A stretch of DNA of 64,000 nucleotides from a virus. Lineage: Duplodnaviria; Caudoviricetes. Made by a program: the position numbers and the translations under genes. The stretch covers positions 918 to 64,917 of IMG/VR virus record IMGVR_UViG_3300044833_000060; one strand, written 5' to 3'. Of this stretch, positions 19,609 through 29,241 are shown in pieces. How positions within the stretch are numbered: position 1 is the first letter of the stretch; every line of letters starts with the position of its first letter. The notes beneath the pieces are model-generated. The model did no database searches. It saw only the letters and a list, made by a program, of their open reading frames with translations, and was not told the DNA's origin.

Positions 19609-20183
19609 GTTTCTCGCATCCGGCGCAACGCTCTCATAAGTTTGCAGGTATGGCCGCGGCGGCAAATTCACCCAACACTCCCGCACATCTTCGAGCACAT
19701 CTTCATAAGCGAGTCAAGGAGGCAGGTATGGCAGGACGCGTGGACAACCTTCGCAGACCATCAGGCAAGGTTCCAGTACAAACGACTCTAAAAACTACTG
19801 ACGCGGCTGATGAATCTTTGCAGACGGCAACCGATCCTTCCCCGTTTCGGGACACCAATAACTCGACCGCAATGCCGCGCATGGGAACTACCACGAAACA
19901 GCCCTCGCCTGCCGGCACCAGGCCGATGAGCGTTAGCGCCACAGTGAAGACTCCCAAAGCGCCAGGACTCGTGACGTCGCAGGGAGCGGTGCGCAATAGC
20001 CGCCCCGCCGCCAAAGGATTGAATCAGAGCCTGAACGTGGATCGTCGGCAGCCGCGCGCATCCGGTCTGAATGTCACGGTAAGTCCAGTGCTCAAGACTC
20101 ATAAAATGACCGCCGTTCCAGCGCAGTCGAATCGCAATGTGCGCAAAGGCAGCGCGAACCCAGCCTTCTACGGCGATTTCTAA
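19605..20183 (+). CDS. Basic low-complexity protein
   Basis: K/R/S/T/P-rich; 4-bp overlap with the previous gene; ends FYGDF. Confidence 0.5.
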   Translation: MSFSHPAQRSHKFAGMAAAANSPNTPAHLRAHLHKRVKEAGMAGRVDNLRRPSGKVPVQTTLKTTDAADESLQTATDPSPFRDTNNSTAMPRMGTTTKQPSPAGTRPMSVSATVKTPKAPGLVTSQGAVRNSRPAAKGLNQSLNVDRRQPRASGLNVTVSPVLKTHKMTAVPAQSNRNVRKGSANPAFYGDF

Positions 20184-20189
20184 CGTCTG

Positions 20190-20531
20190 ATGTTGTACCT
20201 GATTGCAGTCCTATTACTCGCATCTCTCTATCTCATCCTTAAGGGGAAATTCAATATGCAGGCAAAGTTCACTATCACATTTACGGATTCCGCTGCGCCT
20301 CCGCCTCCCATTCAGCTTGCAACCACGAGCTTCAATGGTGTGGTCGGGGTTCCGGAAAGCGGCAGCCTCGGGCCGAGCGGCGGCAATGGCGGACCATTCG
20401 TTGTCACGGTTGATCCGACTACCCCACTTCCGGATGGAGTGACGATTGACGCACAAGGGACTGTCGCGGGAACTCCAACGGTTGCCGGCAGCACTTCAGT
20501 GAATGTCATAGTGGCCGATTCGCAAGGCTAA
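20190..20531 (+). CDS. Ig-like (He_PIG-type) domain protein
   Basis: SGGNGGPF...PLPDGVTI...GTVAGTPTVAGS..VNVIVADS; hydrophobic N-terminus or alternative start at MQAKF. Confidence 0.65.
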   Translation: MLYLIAVLLLASLYLILKGKFNMQAKFTITFTDSAAPPPPIQLATTSFNGVVGVPESGSLGPSGGNGGPFVVTVDPTTPLPDGVTIDAQGTVAGTPTVAGSTSVNVIVADSQG

Positions 20532-21601
20532 TGTCTAGCAGTCCAATCACCGCTTGCGTTCCGACCTTCCCTCATCCGGGGATTCGTGTGCATACCAACC
20601 GGCACGGCAATACCGTGTTGCGGCTGCATTACGAAGCGGATGAGGACAAGGGACGCGGGGACAAACTATTAGTTCCTGAAATCAATCGTATGTTGTCGCC
20701 GTGGGCCTTTGGGCAGTTCGGGCAAATGACTGACCCTAACGCTTACCTTCGGGAATACGAGATTGAGGCTGAAGCCGCGCTTGGTCGCCTAATCTTCAAT
20801 TTAGACGAAGAGGCCACCTGCGAAGAATCTTTCCCGATTCCTCCAAAATGGACGCGGCGCATGGCGCTCGATCCCCATCCGAGCGTTCCCCACGCAATGC
20901 TATGGGCGGCAACCGACCCGTGGGGAGACCGATGGTATTACCGGGAACTATGGCCATCGCGCGCGTGTTATCGCTATGACGGAGGCCGTCTCTATGGAAT
21001 CCCCGGCGCCTGTCCTGACGATGAAGCGGTAATGCGCATCAAGGATTATGTCGAAACCATTCAATGGCTCGAATCGGCGAAGAACCCACAGAACGTGGAC
21101 AATACTGTGCCATTCGATGAAAAGATTTCTGCGCGCGTCATTGATTATGCGGCGAGAGCTTTCGGACAAGGCACCAACGACGACCCCGACCAGCCCAATT
21201 TTCAACGCAGATTTGAGCAGTACATGTGCTCCCCGGAATTGCGCGTATCCTGTCCGGTATTTCAGGACGCAAAAAAGGATCATGATGTGGGCTTTGAGAT
21301 GGTCAATGCTGGGCTCAAGGCACGAGAAGTACAAGGGCCTAGGGATACGAAGATCAGGCGCAGCCGCATTCATATCTTTCGCGATCAGTGCCCAGAACTG
21401 ATCTTCCAATTGAAAAACAACCGTCGCCAGCAATTGTCTCCAGCGCAAATGCTAACCAAAGATCCAACTGGTAAGCCAGTCGATGTGCGTCGGCACATGA
21501 CAGACAACCTTCGCTATTTGGAAATGGCAAACCCGGTCTACTTAAATCCCTCGGCCCCGAAGAGTACCTGGAAACCTTTGGCGGATGGAATCGCTTATTA
21601 A
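20531..21601 (+). CDS. terL: Terminase large subunit, C-terminal RNase H-like nuclease domain (split gene, part 2)
   Basis: VLRLHYEAD...LREYEIE...RRMALDPHP..PHAMLW...WYYRE...RVIDYAA...IHIFRDQC..LI..L...HMTDNLRYL; immediately upstream of the portal. Confidence 0.8.
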   Translation: MSSSPITACVPTFPHPGIRVHTNRHGNTVLRLHYEADEDKGRGDKLLVPEINRMLSPWAFGQFGQMTDPNAYLREYEIEAEAALGRLIFNLDEEATCEESFPIPPKWTRRMALDPHPSVPHAMLWAATDPWGDRWYYRELWPSRACYRYDGGRLYGIPGACPDDEAVMRIKDYVETIQWLESAKNPQNVDNTVPFDEKISARVIDYAARAFGQGTNDDPDQPNFQRRFEQYMCSPELRVSCPVFQDAKKDHDVGFEMVNAGLKAREVQGPRDTKIRRSRIHIFRDQCPELIFQLKNNRRQQLSPAQMLTKDPTGKPVDVRRHMTDNLRYLEMANPVYLNPSAPKSTWKPLADGIAY

Positions 21602-23833
21602 ATGCCTGAAGTAACCGATCAACAGTCAGCCTCGCGCGGGTCTGAGACTGGCGTGGTCTCTGACATCATCATGCGCCGCGATGAGTCCAAGAAATGGCTG
21701 CGTCTCAACTACTGGGATGAGTGGATTGACACCTGGCGGATGATTAAGTGCCGCACCAAACCTATTCATAAAGTCGATTCCGCCGGCAAGGACACCAATG
21801 AAGAGGATAAATCCCGCACGAATGTGGAAAGCGGTCTGGCGAACCTGATCTTCCGCAAGAACGTCGCGCGATTATCAGCTCAGCCATACACCCTGCGCGT
21901 GCGCGGCGGCAGTGATCCCACACGGGCAGCGCGCCTGAGTTCCTTACTAGGTCAGCAATACGACCAATCCCAAGAGCGCGCGGAAGATGTTCGGGTGCGC
22001 ATGGCCTCGGAATCGTTAGGTATCGGGATTTCCAAACTCTACTGGGACTTTGTTTCCCGAACGATGGTTTTTCGCAAGGCCGTCTTACATAACGGGAAAG
22101 TCGTATTTCGCGACCGTTCACAGTTCATGAAGTCTGCGGGCGCGAACGATACCGAGACCCAGCAGGCGGTCAAAGAATTAGGCCCCGATATGTCGGATGA
22201 TGAAGTCCAGGACTTCATGGGGAAAAGTGGGACAGAAATTACAGTTCCGCAGTCGGTCGAGAAGTATGAAGGCCCACGGGTTAAGGCCTGCTTCCCTGGG
22301 GATGTGTATTGGGAGCCGTTTGCGAGAACCTTACGCCAATCCAGCTTCGTTATTGAAGCCTACCGCGAAACCGATCTCTGGTTAAAGAAGATGCTGGGCT
22401 TGAAATATAAAGATCCGGAAACCGGGCAAATGCTGAAGGCGTTTGATGCCGAGGCCGTGGCTGGCCTCATGCGTCTCGACCCCGAGCCAGTTGTGATGAA
22501 AGGCGAATTCCAGGAGCTTAAGGATTTGTTCCGCACGGCGATTGGCAAGCAGGATCAGGTGCAATACCAATTCCCCCGCAACCTGCGCGTGCGCAAACTC
22601 TACGACATTTTAGAAGAGCACAAGCAGGATGACGAAGGTCGCATGTGGATTACATGGGTATCGGAAAACTACCGAGACAGGGTTCTGGGAAAGATGCCGT
22701 ATCCATTCGAGTTTTACGGAGACACGGCGTTTACCGACGAAGTACCGCTGCCTGACCTGAACGATGCAATTGGGGATTCGACACCGCGCCTTCTGCGATT
22801 CATGTTTCAGTTGTTCAATCTTCAGCACTGCCAGAACTTTGATTACATCACGCAACTAATTCGCAGGCATTTCTTCGCTCCCGCCGGCATGGAGTTCTCC
22901 GAAGAGACGATCGAGCGCGGGAATATGAGAATCACTCGCGTAGCCAATGGGCGTCCGGGTGACCTTCAGCCGGATCAGACTCCTCCGATTCCCGAGGGCG
23001 CGATGGAGCGAGGGGCTGCTCTCATGCAACTGATTGGCATGTTTGAGCCGTCCTTGAACACCACGACGGACGGAACGTCGTTCAATCCTCAAGCCTCAAA
23101 AACCGCAACCACTGCGGTATTGCAGGCGAAGGCCGCTGACGTATTACTGGCATTCAAGATTGATGGCCGTGATCTGTATCTCTATCAATTAGGCATGAAG
23201 AAAATCTGGATGAACCAGCAAATGGCCGATATGGATCGAGACTGGGAAATTCAATCGAAATATTTCGGCCCACAATTAAACGACGCACTAAAAGGACAAC
23301 CGCAAGGAGAGGAAAAGCCGCAGTGGATCACTACCGATCAGTCCGGTAAAATCGCCTCGGTGAAGTTAAGTCCTACGGAAATTCAGGAAGATTTTGAATG
23401 TGAACCCGAGTCCGGTTCCTACATGGCTGTCGATGATGACCTGCGCCGCCAGGCAGCGGTTGAATTGGATCAGGTAGCAATGCAATCCGGCGGGTTGCTC
23501 GATATGGCGAAGGTTCTGACCAATCATCTGAAAACGATAAAGGGCATAGATGATCCGGAATCGTTCTTCGCGCCGCCGAAGCCTCCAAGTCCGCCGCCGC
23601 CTAAAATTAACGTCTCGCTGACCGGAAAACTTGAAGACATGCCGGAAGTCACTGCTGTCCTTCTTCAGGAGATGGGAATTGTGCCCCCTCCTGCTCTCGC
23701 GCAAGAGTCGCAGTTAAATACGCTTGGCCGAGTCAGTCAAGCTGCCGACCATGCCTCGAATCTTTTAAGTCCCGCCGATCCGCACGCGGAAGGCGGACCC
23801 TTAGGAACGGCTGAAAGTGAAGTAGGTGCTTAG
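21602..23833 (+). CDS. Portal protein (P22-like size)
   Basis: 743 aa; between terminase and scaffold; GIGISKLYW, PGDVYWEP, KTATTA motifs. Confidence 0.8.
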   Translation: MPEVTDQQSASRGSETGVVSDIIMRRDESKKWLRLNYWDEWIDTWRMIKCRTKPIHKVDSAGKDTNEEDKSRTNVESGLANLIFRKNVARLSAQPYTLRVRGGSDPTRAARLSSLLGQQYDQSQERAEDVRVRMASESLGIGISKLYWDFVSRTMVFRKAVLHNGKVVFRDRSQFMKSAGANDTETQQAVKELGPDMSDDEVQDFMGKSGTEITVPQSVEKYEGPRVKACFPGDVYWEPFARTLRQSSFVIEAYRETDLWLKKMLGLKYKDPETGQMLKAFDAEAVAGLMRLDPEPVVMKGEFQELKDLFRTAIGKQDQVQYQFPRNLRVRKLYDILEEHKQDDEGRMWITWVSENYRDRVLGKMPYPFEFYGDTAFTDEVPLPDLNDAIGDSTPRLLRFMFQLFNLQHCQNFDYITQLIRRHFFAPAGMEFSEETIERGNMRITRVANGRPGDLQPDQTPPIPEGAMERGAALMQLIGMFEPSLNTTTDGTSFNPQASKTATTAVLQAKAADVLLAFKIDGRDLYLYQLGMKKIWMNQQMADMDRDWEIQSKYFGPQLNDALKGQPQGEEKPQWITTDQSGKIASVKLSPTEIQEDFECEPESGSYMAVDDDLRRQAAVELDQVAMQSGGLLDMAKVLTNHLKTIKGIDDPESFFAPPKPPSPPPPKINVSLTGKLEDMPEVTAVLLQEMGIVPPPALAQESQLNTLGRVSQAADHASNLLSPADPHAEGGPLGTAESEVGA

Positions 23834-24065
23834 AGAACTGAGTGACATTGAGCGCGGATCGTTGCGGGACTTGTTGGCTCATCCCACTCCGCTGCGTTCG
23901 GCAATCGAGAAATTTTCCAGCGCACGCAAGCAGGCAATGGACTCGAGTGCGGCGGAATGTTTACGCACACTTCCCCGGCAATTTGAGGAAGCAGCCGATT
24001 ATGCGGCGAAAGCGGAAGTGTACTTACAGTTCCTCAAGGATTTAGAGCGCTTCGCGGAGAAATAG
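23826..24065 (+). CDS. Small head-module protein
   Basis: Helical 79-aa ORF directly after the portal, a typical podophage position. Confidence 0.55.
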   Translation: MLRELSDIERGSLRDLLAHPTPLRSAIEKFSSARKQAMDSSAAECLRTLPRQFEEAADYAAKAEVYLQFLKDLERFAEK

Positions 24066-24074
24066 GAGACATTC

Positions 24075-24392
24075 ATGAAAACAGGACGCTTGGAACATAT
24101 CCACGTAAAGCCGGACACGGAAAAGGGTTCGCGCGGCGCATCCGTAACGTGGCGCAAGAAAGAAGGCGAAGGCAAGAATGCCGGCGCATGGCTGCGCACC
24201 GAAACGGAACAGCAGAAATCCCATACCAGCCCAGAGGAAACTGGGGCGCACGTAACCCAGTTACTTCATGAGCACTTTGGCGGTGGCGGAAACAAGAACG
24301 CGCCAACTCCTGGAGTCAAGGAAGGCAAGCCCGCCACAGCGAAGGAGTCGCATCCTTCAGACGATGATGGACCACAGGCGGAGTACGCCTAA
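24075..24392 (+). CDS. Hypothetical head-module protein
   Basis: AGGAGA RBS; operon position. Confidence 0.55.
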   Translation: MKTGRLEHIHVKPDTEKGSRGASVTWRKKEGEGKNAGAWLRTETEQQKSHTSPEETGAHVTQLLHEHFGGGGNKNAPTPGVKEGKPATAKESHPSDDDGPQAEYA

Positions 24393-24398
24393 AGTTTC

Positions 24399-24520
24399 GC
24401 CGGGAACCACCCCGGCATAGCAGTGAACTGAAAGGAAATCATGCCTCCAGAAATTGATAGCGCCCCAGTATCGGGAACCACCCCGGCATCTGCGGCACCG
24501 ACCGGAACCACCCCGTCGGC
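24399..24520 (+). repeat. Three GGAACCACCCCG hairpin-loop repeats flanking the scaffold start codon
   Basis: CGGGAACCACCCCGGCAT at 24401-24418 and 24472-24489; GGAACCACCCCG at 24504-24515. Confidence 0.8.
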
Positions 24521-25808
24521 GACTGAGTTTGGTTCGTTTCTTGGCGTTGAAGCCAGCGATCTACCTTCTCTCCGTCCCGCTCAGAACCCCGAACCATCGG
24601 GAACCGAAGCTACTGGGGAAGAGCCAGCAGTTGCGGCAGGAGAAGAGATAGGTACTGAAGAAACGCTCGAAGCGGCACCCGAAGGCGAAGAGCAACTCGA
24701 AGCAGAAGCCTCCCCGGAAGCGGACGACAACTGGCTCCCACAAGAGCAGGCGAAGGAGTTTCCAGAGGCCACACTTAAGGAGTATGCGGAGCGTCGGGGA
24801 TACAAATGGGACCCGCAAGACGAGAGCCAGATGCGGCTCTTGCGCGACAAGCTGAACACTGACATTTACGTTGAGCAGTTGCGTCAGGATCTGGATAACC
24901 AAGGCTTCGAGGAAACCACCGCCGCCGAAGCAGCGGAGCCAAGCACTGAAGCAGCAGTTTCGACAACGACTGATCCAAAGGCCCAGCACTACAGCCAAGT
25001 GGATGCAGTCGTCTCGCAGATCGACAAGCAGGCCACGGAAGAATTAGGCCGTAGCTTGCTTGGAGCCATGGGAGTGAACGCCGATGCTCAACACTTGCAA
25101 CAGCTACAAACTGCGCTGAGAAATCCACAAACGACGCCCGCACAACGGGCAGAGATCCAGCAGCATCTTGATCTGGTGCAAAATGCAGGGAAAATCGGCA
25201 GCACGTTGGCGCGCGGAGCGGTTGACGTGATTATGACGACCATCCCAAATCTGCTGCCTCAGATTCTTGAGTCAGTGGCTCCGGGCATGGTGAGCGCATA
25301 CAAAGGTGCGGTGCAGGTGCAGGAAGCGGGTGCGGCTTGGGAGCGGGTGGGAAAAGCCACCAATCAAACCGGTCAGCCCGTCTATCAAAACTTGCCTGTA
25401 TATCGCAGCAAGGAATATTTTGCGGCGGTAGCAAAAACCGAACGCGAACTGGGATTGAATGTCGGCAGCGGCATCGACAAGATGCAATTGTTTGACGATA
25501 AAGGTCAGCCATTATCTCCACAGGCGCAATATGAAGCCAAGATGCGAATGATTGCGCGCGTGGCCAGTGGACTGAATCCCCAGCCAGCAGCTCCAGCGAT
25601 CGAGCGAGCAGTAAATGCCGGCAGACAGCAGGAGAGAACGCAGAATCAGCGGCGCGCCGTGGGGCGTGCTTTGGGTGCGGGGGCAACCAGCCAGCGGTTT
25701 GAGCAAGAAGAGCCGAAGGATGAAGTGCGCGATGCGCTGAAAAAAGCGATTGCCGAGCAGAATTCGCAAGGCAATCCGTTTGCGGGCGCAGTCTCGCGCG
25801 GCGCTTAA
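24441..25808 (+). CDS. Capsid scaffolding protein
   Basis: Acidic E/A/P-rich N-terminus, helical; directly upstream of the MCP; AAAGGA RBS. Confidence 0.75.
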   Translation: MPPEIDSAPVSGTTPASAAPTGTTPSATEFGSFLGVEASDLPSLRPAQNPEPSGTEATGEEPAVAAGEEIGTEETLEAAPEGEEQLEAEASPEADDNWLPQEQAKEFPEATLKEYAERRGYKWDPQDESQMRLLRDKLNTDIYVEQLRQDLDNQGFEETTAAEAAEPSTEAAVSTTTDPKAQHYSQVDAVVSQIDKQATEELGRSLLGAMGVNADAQHLQQLQTALRNPQTTPAQRAEIQQHLDLVQNAGKIGSTLARGAVDVIMTTIPNLLPQILESVAPGMVSAYKGAVQVQEAGAAWERVGKATNQTGQPVYQNLPVYRSKEYFAAVAKTERELGLNVGSGIDKMQLFDDKGQPLSPQAQYEAKMRMIARVASGLNPQPAAPAIERAVNAGRQQERTQNQRRAVGRALGAGATSQRFEQEEPKDEVRDALKKAIAEQNSQGNPFAGAVSRGA

Positions 25809-25841
25809 TTCTCAGATCGGCCAGGCCGAGGACAACGATCA

Positions 25842-27086
25842 ATGGCAGAGCAGGCAATCCGAACATTTCAGGACTATCAGACGGAAGGCACTCTGGTACG
25901 AGATGTCAGCGTAGACATGCTGCTTCTTGAGCCAGATCGCACTCCGCTATATGTTCTCACCAATAATTCCAAACGCAAGAAGAGCGTTTATAACCCCATC
26001 TTCGAATGGCCGGAGGATCAGGATTTGCCGATGCTGGGAACGGTTTCTAACGGAACCACCGCCTTGTCTTCGGTAGCCACGGCCATTCCGGTGCAGGATG
26101 TCACCATCTTCGGCGTCAATGATATGGTGCAGGCTCCGACCACCGGCAGCATTGGCACTGGAATTGAAGAACTCATGCTTGTGACCGCCGTCACCTTGGG
26201 CGCGGGCACTCCCTCCACTACGGCTTACCAGATCGGCGCTGTGGCGGGGACCATCACGGTCACCCGAGGCTTCGCGGCGACCACCGCAGGCACAGTTGGG
26301 GCTACGCAAAGCCTTCGCATCCTGGCGACGGCCGCAACGGAAGGCGGGGCAATTCAACCGCCTCGGGCTCCTTACGTGACGCTGAAGACTTCGGCTTGCC
26401 AGATTTTTGAGCAACCGATTCAGATCACGCTAATGGCCGCAGCTAGCCGAACTTACTATGACCGCAACGAGCGCGCGAGATTGCAAATGCTTGCCATGCG
26501 GCGCGCCAAGCTGGAAATTGAGGATGCTGGAATCTTTGGCGTCTTTTCGCAATCGGTCAATGGAACCAGCACGCGCCTGACCTCTATGGGCTTGCGCTCC
26601 ATCATCTCGCCATTTGTCACTGACATGGGCGGGACGGCAACCTATCAGTCGTTCCTGCAGGCGAATGAGTTCACCTTTCGGTTCGGCTCTCCGCAGAAGT
26701 TGCTGATTGCCTCGCCGCTGGTGAAAACCGCTCTGGATTATTTCGCCGCCGCTAAACAGTTGGTGAAACCGGACATTGATTTGTTCGGAGTTAGCCTGAA
26801 GAAGTTCGTGACCTCTAACGGAACGTTCCTTCTGGCTAACAACTTCAATATGGGCGACTACAACGCATCGACCAACTACTCGTATGAGGCGTTGGCCATC
26901 GACCTTCCGTCACTCGAATTCTGTCCGCTTTCGGACAACGGAATTTCCTGCGATACCCAGTTGAAGACCAACTACGACACCACCAACCCGAAACTCATCA
27001 AGGATCTGGTGTACACGCAAGCCGGATGGAGAGTCCGTCATCCTGCCCGTCACGCCCGATTCACGAACTGGACGGCATTCCAGTAA
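25842..27086 (+). CDS. Major capsid protein (DUF5309/SU10-like)
   Basis: RDVS..M.LLEP.RTPL...FEWPED...ITVTRGF...CQIFEQPIQIT...KLEIE..GIFG...MGLRSII; followed by a terminator. Confidence 0.85.
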   Translation: MAEQAIRTFQDYQTEGTLVRDVSVDMLLLEPDRTPLYVLTNNSKRKKSVYNPIFEWPEDQDLPMLGTVSNGTTALSSVATAIPVQDVTIFGVNDMVQAPTTGSIGTGIEELMLVTAVTLGAGTPSTTAYQIGAVAGTITVTRGFAATTAGTVGATQSLRILATAATEGGAIQPPRAPYVTLKTSACQIFEQPIQITLMAAASRTYYDRNERARLQMLAMRRAKLEIEDAGIFGVFSQSVNGTSTRLTSMGLRSIISPFVTDMGGTATYQSFLQANEFTFRFGSPQKLLIASPLVKTALDYFAAAKQLVKPDIDLFGVSLKKFVTSNGTFLLANNFNMGDYNASTNYSYEALAIDLPSLEFCPLSDNGISCDTQLKTNYDTTNPKLIKDLVYTQAGWRVRHPARHARFTNWTAFQ

Positions 27087-27094
27087 CCCTATAA

Positions 27095-27134
27095 CCGTCA
27101 GCCGCGCTTCGCATGGGCGGCTGACGGACCTTTT
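27095..27134 (+). terminator. Intrinsic terminator after the major capsid gene
   Basis: CCGTCAGCCGC / GCGGCTGACGG 11-bp stem followed by ACCTTTT. Confidence 0.65.
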
Positions 27135-27145
27135 CAACCGAAGGA

Positions 27146-27658
27146 GTGCTTATGTACGTTGCAGCAGAAGACTGGAAAGCAAAGTGCCGAGTGTGCAAGG
27201 AAGATGTAACGTTTCCAAACTGGAAGTGCTCAAAGCTACCCGGACATCACAAAGTTAACGAGCAGACTTACTTCCATTTGGGAGGGAGTCATATCCAGAA
27301 TCCGCGAGAACGCCGGGGCTGGTCTCCGCAAATCATTCTTCGCGCCGGCTCGGAAGCAACCGACACGCGCACGGGAGAGAAATACTTAGTCCCGACGATT
27401 CGCGTTGTATTTGGTGGGCAGCAGGTCGCAACCGAAGACCCTGAGATCCAGTTCTATCTCGAAACCAAGAACGACAATTCCATCGCTTGGGGAACGGAAG
27501 GGATTAAGTCGTGGGATCGCATCTATCTCACATCCGAACAGCAGTCTGAGCTTGCCAAGCGCGAGCTCGACCGCATTCACAAGGAAATTGACGATGGCAA
27601 CGCCTTGCTGAAACAGACGCAAGCAAGGGTAGCTGGAAAAGTAGGGGCAAGCGCGTGA
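27146..27658 (+). CDS. Hypothetical protein
   Basis: AAGGA RBS with GTG start; CRVC...C...H. Confidence 0.55.
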   Translation: MLMYVAAEDWKAKCRVCKEDVTFPNWKCSKLPGHHKVNEQTYFHLGGSHIQNPRERRGWSPQIILRAGSEATDTRTGEKYLVPTIRVVFGGQQVATEDPEIQFYLETKNDNSIAWGTEGIKSWDRIYLTSEQQSELAKRELDRIHKEIDDGNALLKQTQARVAGKVGASA

Positions 27659-28047
27659 GTGTCTGCAGGGGATGCGGGGCAGAGGCATTGCGAACCTCTG
27701 CCCGTTATGTAGGAGTGGAACTGTTGAGTGAAGTGTGTCCATCCTGCGAGCCGGATCAGTTTCAAGGCGTAAAGGTAACCGACCCGACTGACCGGCGCAT
27801 CTGGGCTGGACATGAAGTCGAGCCAGAACGCTATTACTCCGCTGACGACCAAGGCGTGAAGCGCGCAAAAGATGAACTTCGTGCGGATACATGGGATCTG
27901 ATGAATGTGGACGAAGACGAACAACGGCGCGAGCAGAAGCGGCGTATGAGGCGGACGGAGCCAATGACGCAAAACGAGATTGCGGCAGCGGAGCATTACG
28001 GACGAACGGTTCTCCGTCCAGTCATTGAAGAGGCGAAGCGCGCATGA
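27655..28047 (+). CDS. Zn-ribbon hypothetical protein
   Basis: CRGC...CPSC; coupled. Confidence 0.55.
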   Translation: MSVCRGCGAEALRTSARYVGVELLSEVCPSCEPDQFQGVKVTDPTDRRIWAGHEVEPERYYSADDQGVKRAKDELRADTWDLMNVDEDEQRREQKRRMRRTEPMTQNEIAAAEHYGRTVLRPVIEEAKRA

Positions 28048-28161
28048 AGATAGGTCTAGTCTGGAGAGATTTTGGCACGGGCTTGTATCGCTGGGTCGCC
28101 TACTGGAAGCCGTTTTCGGAAACCATGTCAGCACATCATGGCCAATCCTTCGCAGGCGTGA

Positions 28162-29241
28162 TTGAAGCAATGCGCAAAACATATCAAAAACACTATGCGT
28201 CCTGACAACCTAGACATCCGGGACACTTCGCGATTACTGGATGATCTCAAGCGAGAAGGCGCACGCTCACGCGATATTAACCCTCTTGACCTGATCGACG
28301 CTGAGAAGAAACTGTCTCACATCCTGAAAACGGCAGAGGGAAAGGAAGCCTTTCGGCGAGTCACCGGATTGCGTGAGGCTGTGTTCGCTGGCGAAGTACA
28401 AGAGCGACAAGAGCCGTTACCGATCGTTGCCATCCTGATGCCAAGCTATAGATTGCCCGCTCCGCAAGCCTGGGAAGGCGTGAACCGGATGATGCGGGCA
28501 AGTCTGAATGTATGTCAGCCGTTCATGGAGCCAACAATTCGACAATCGGTGGTCCACTGGACGCGCAATTTCGCGCTTAGCTTATTGCTAAAGAGCATGA
28601 AGCCGTGGGATTACGTTCTCTTTATTGATGACGATATTGTCATGCCGGATGACGGGTTGGCGAAGATGCTGGCGCACAAAGTGGATCTAGTAGCGGCGGC
28701 TTGTACGGTTCGCGTCGATCCGCCGATGCCGAACTTCCGCGTCTACGATCCCGACACGCGACTGTTTATGACTTGCATGGACTGGAATCGGGAAGGATTG
28801 GTGGGAGGAAAGTATTTCGGGGTCGGCACTGGAGCCGCATTGTTCTCTCGTAAGTGTCTAGAACGAGTGGCCGAGTATCACATCAATTGCGAGTATGAAA
28901 AGAAATACTACGGGCTCTCGGGAGATGTGCTCGACACACTCCAGACCGGGCGTCAGAAGAAAGCGAAAGAGACATCGGATTTCTGGTGGTTTGAGTTCCT
29001 GAAGCAACCGGACGGCCAAGGGGAATTCGGCGAAGATATCTCCTTCTGCTTCAAGTGCATTGAGCTTGGAATTCCGGTCTATGTTGATACGACCGTAAGA
29101 CCAAAACACATGGGAGATTACGGATTTAACCTAGATGACTTTGTAGATATCCGCAACAGTCGCCGCGAGTTAATTGATCCGTATTCACAGCCGGTCAGCG
29201 ACCCATTAGTGGGTGCGCCGATGCAAGAGGTAACTGCATGA
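28162..29241 (+). CDS. Glycosyltransferase, GT2 / GT-A fold
   Basis: VAILMP...RN...YVLFIDDD...VGTGAALF.R...GEDISFC..C..LG..VYVDT.V...H.G. Confidence 0.85.
   Translation: MKQCAKHIKNTMRPDNLDIRDTSRLLDDLKREGARSRDINPLDLIDAEKKLSHILKTAEGKEAFRRVTGLREAVFAGEVQERQEPLPIVAILMPSYRLPAPQAWEGVNRMMRASLNVCQPFMEPTIRQSVVHWTRNFALSLLLKSMKPWDYVLFIDDDIVMPDDGLAKMLAHKVDLVAAACTVRVDPPMPNFRVYDPDTRLFMTCMDWNREGLVGGKYFGVGTGAALFSRKCLERVAEYHINCEYEKKYYGLSGDVLDTLQTGRQKKAKETSDFWWFEFLKQPDGQGEFGEDISFCFKCIELGIPVYVDTTVRPKHMGDYGFNLDDFVDIRNSRRELIDPYSQPVSDPLVGAPMQEVTA

Noticed and set aside
18295-20530. Intron or intein interrupting terL
   Set aside because: The gap is filled with five ordinary co-oriented ORFs; no intein termini, maturase or homing nuclease is present; both halves have their own start and stop codons. 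Splicing is not formally excluded.
20948-27964. Long antisense ORFs over the terminase, portal, scaffold and capsid genes
   Set aside because: Shadow ORFs of well-supported plus-strand genes, with no motifs or RBS.
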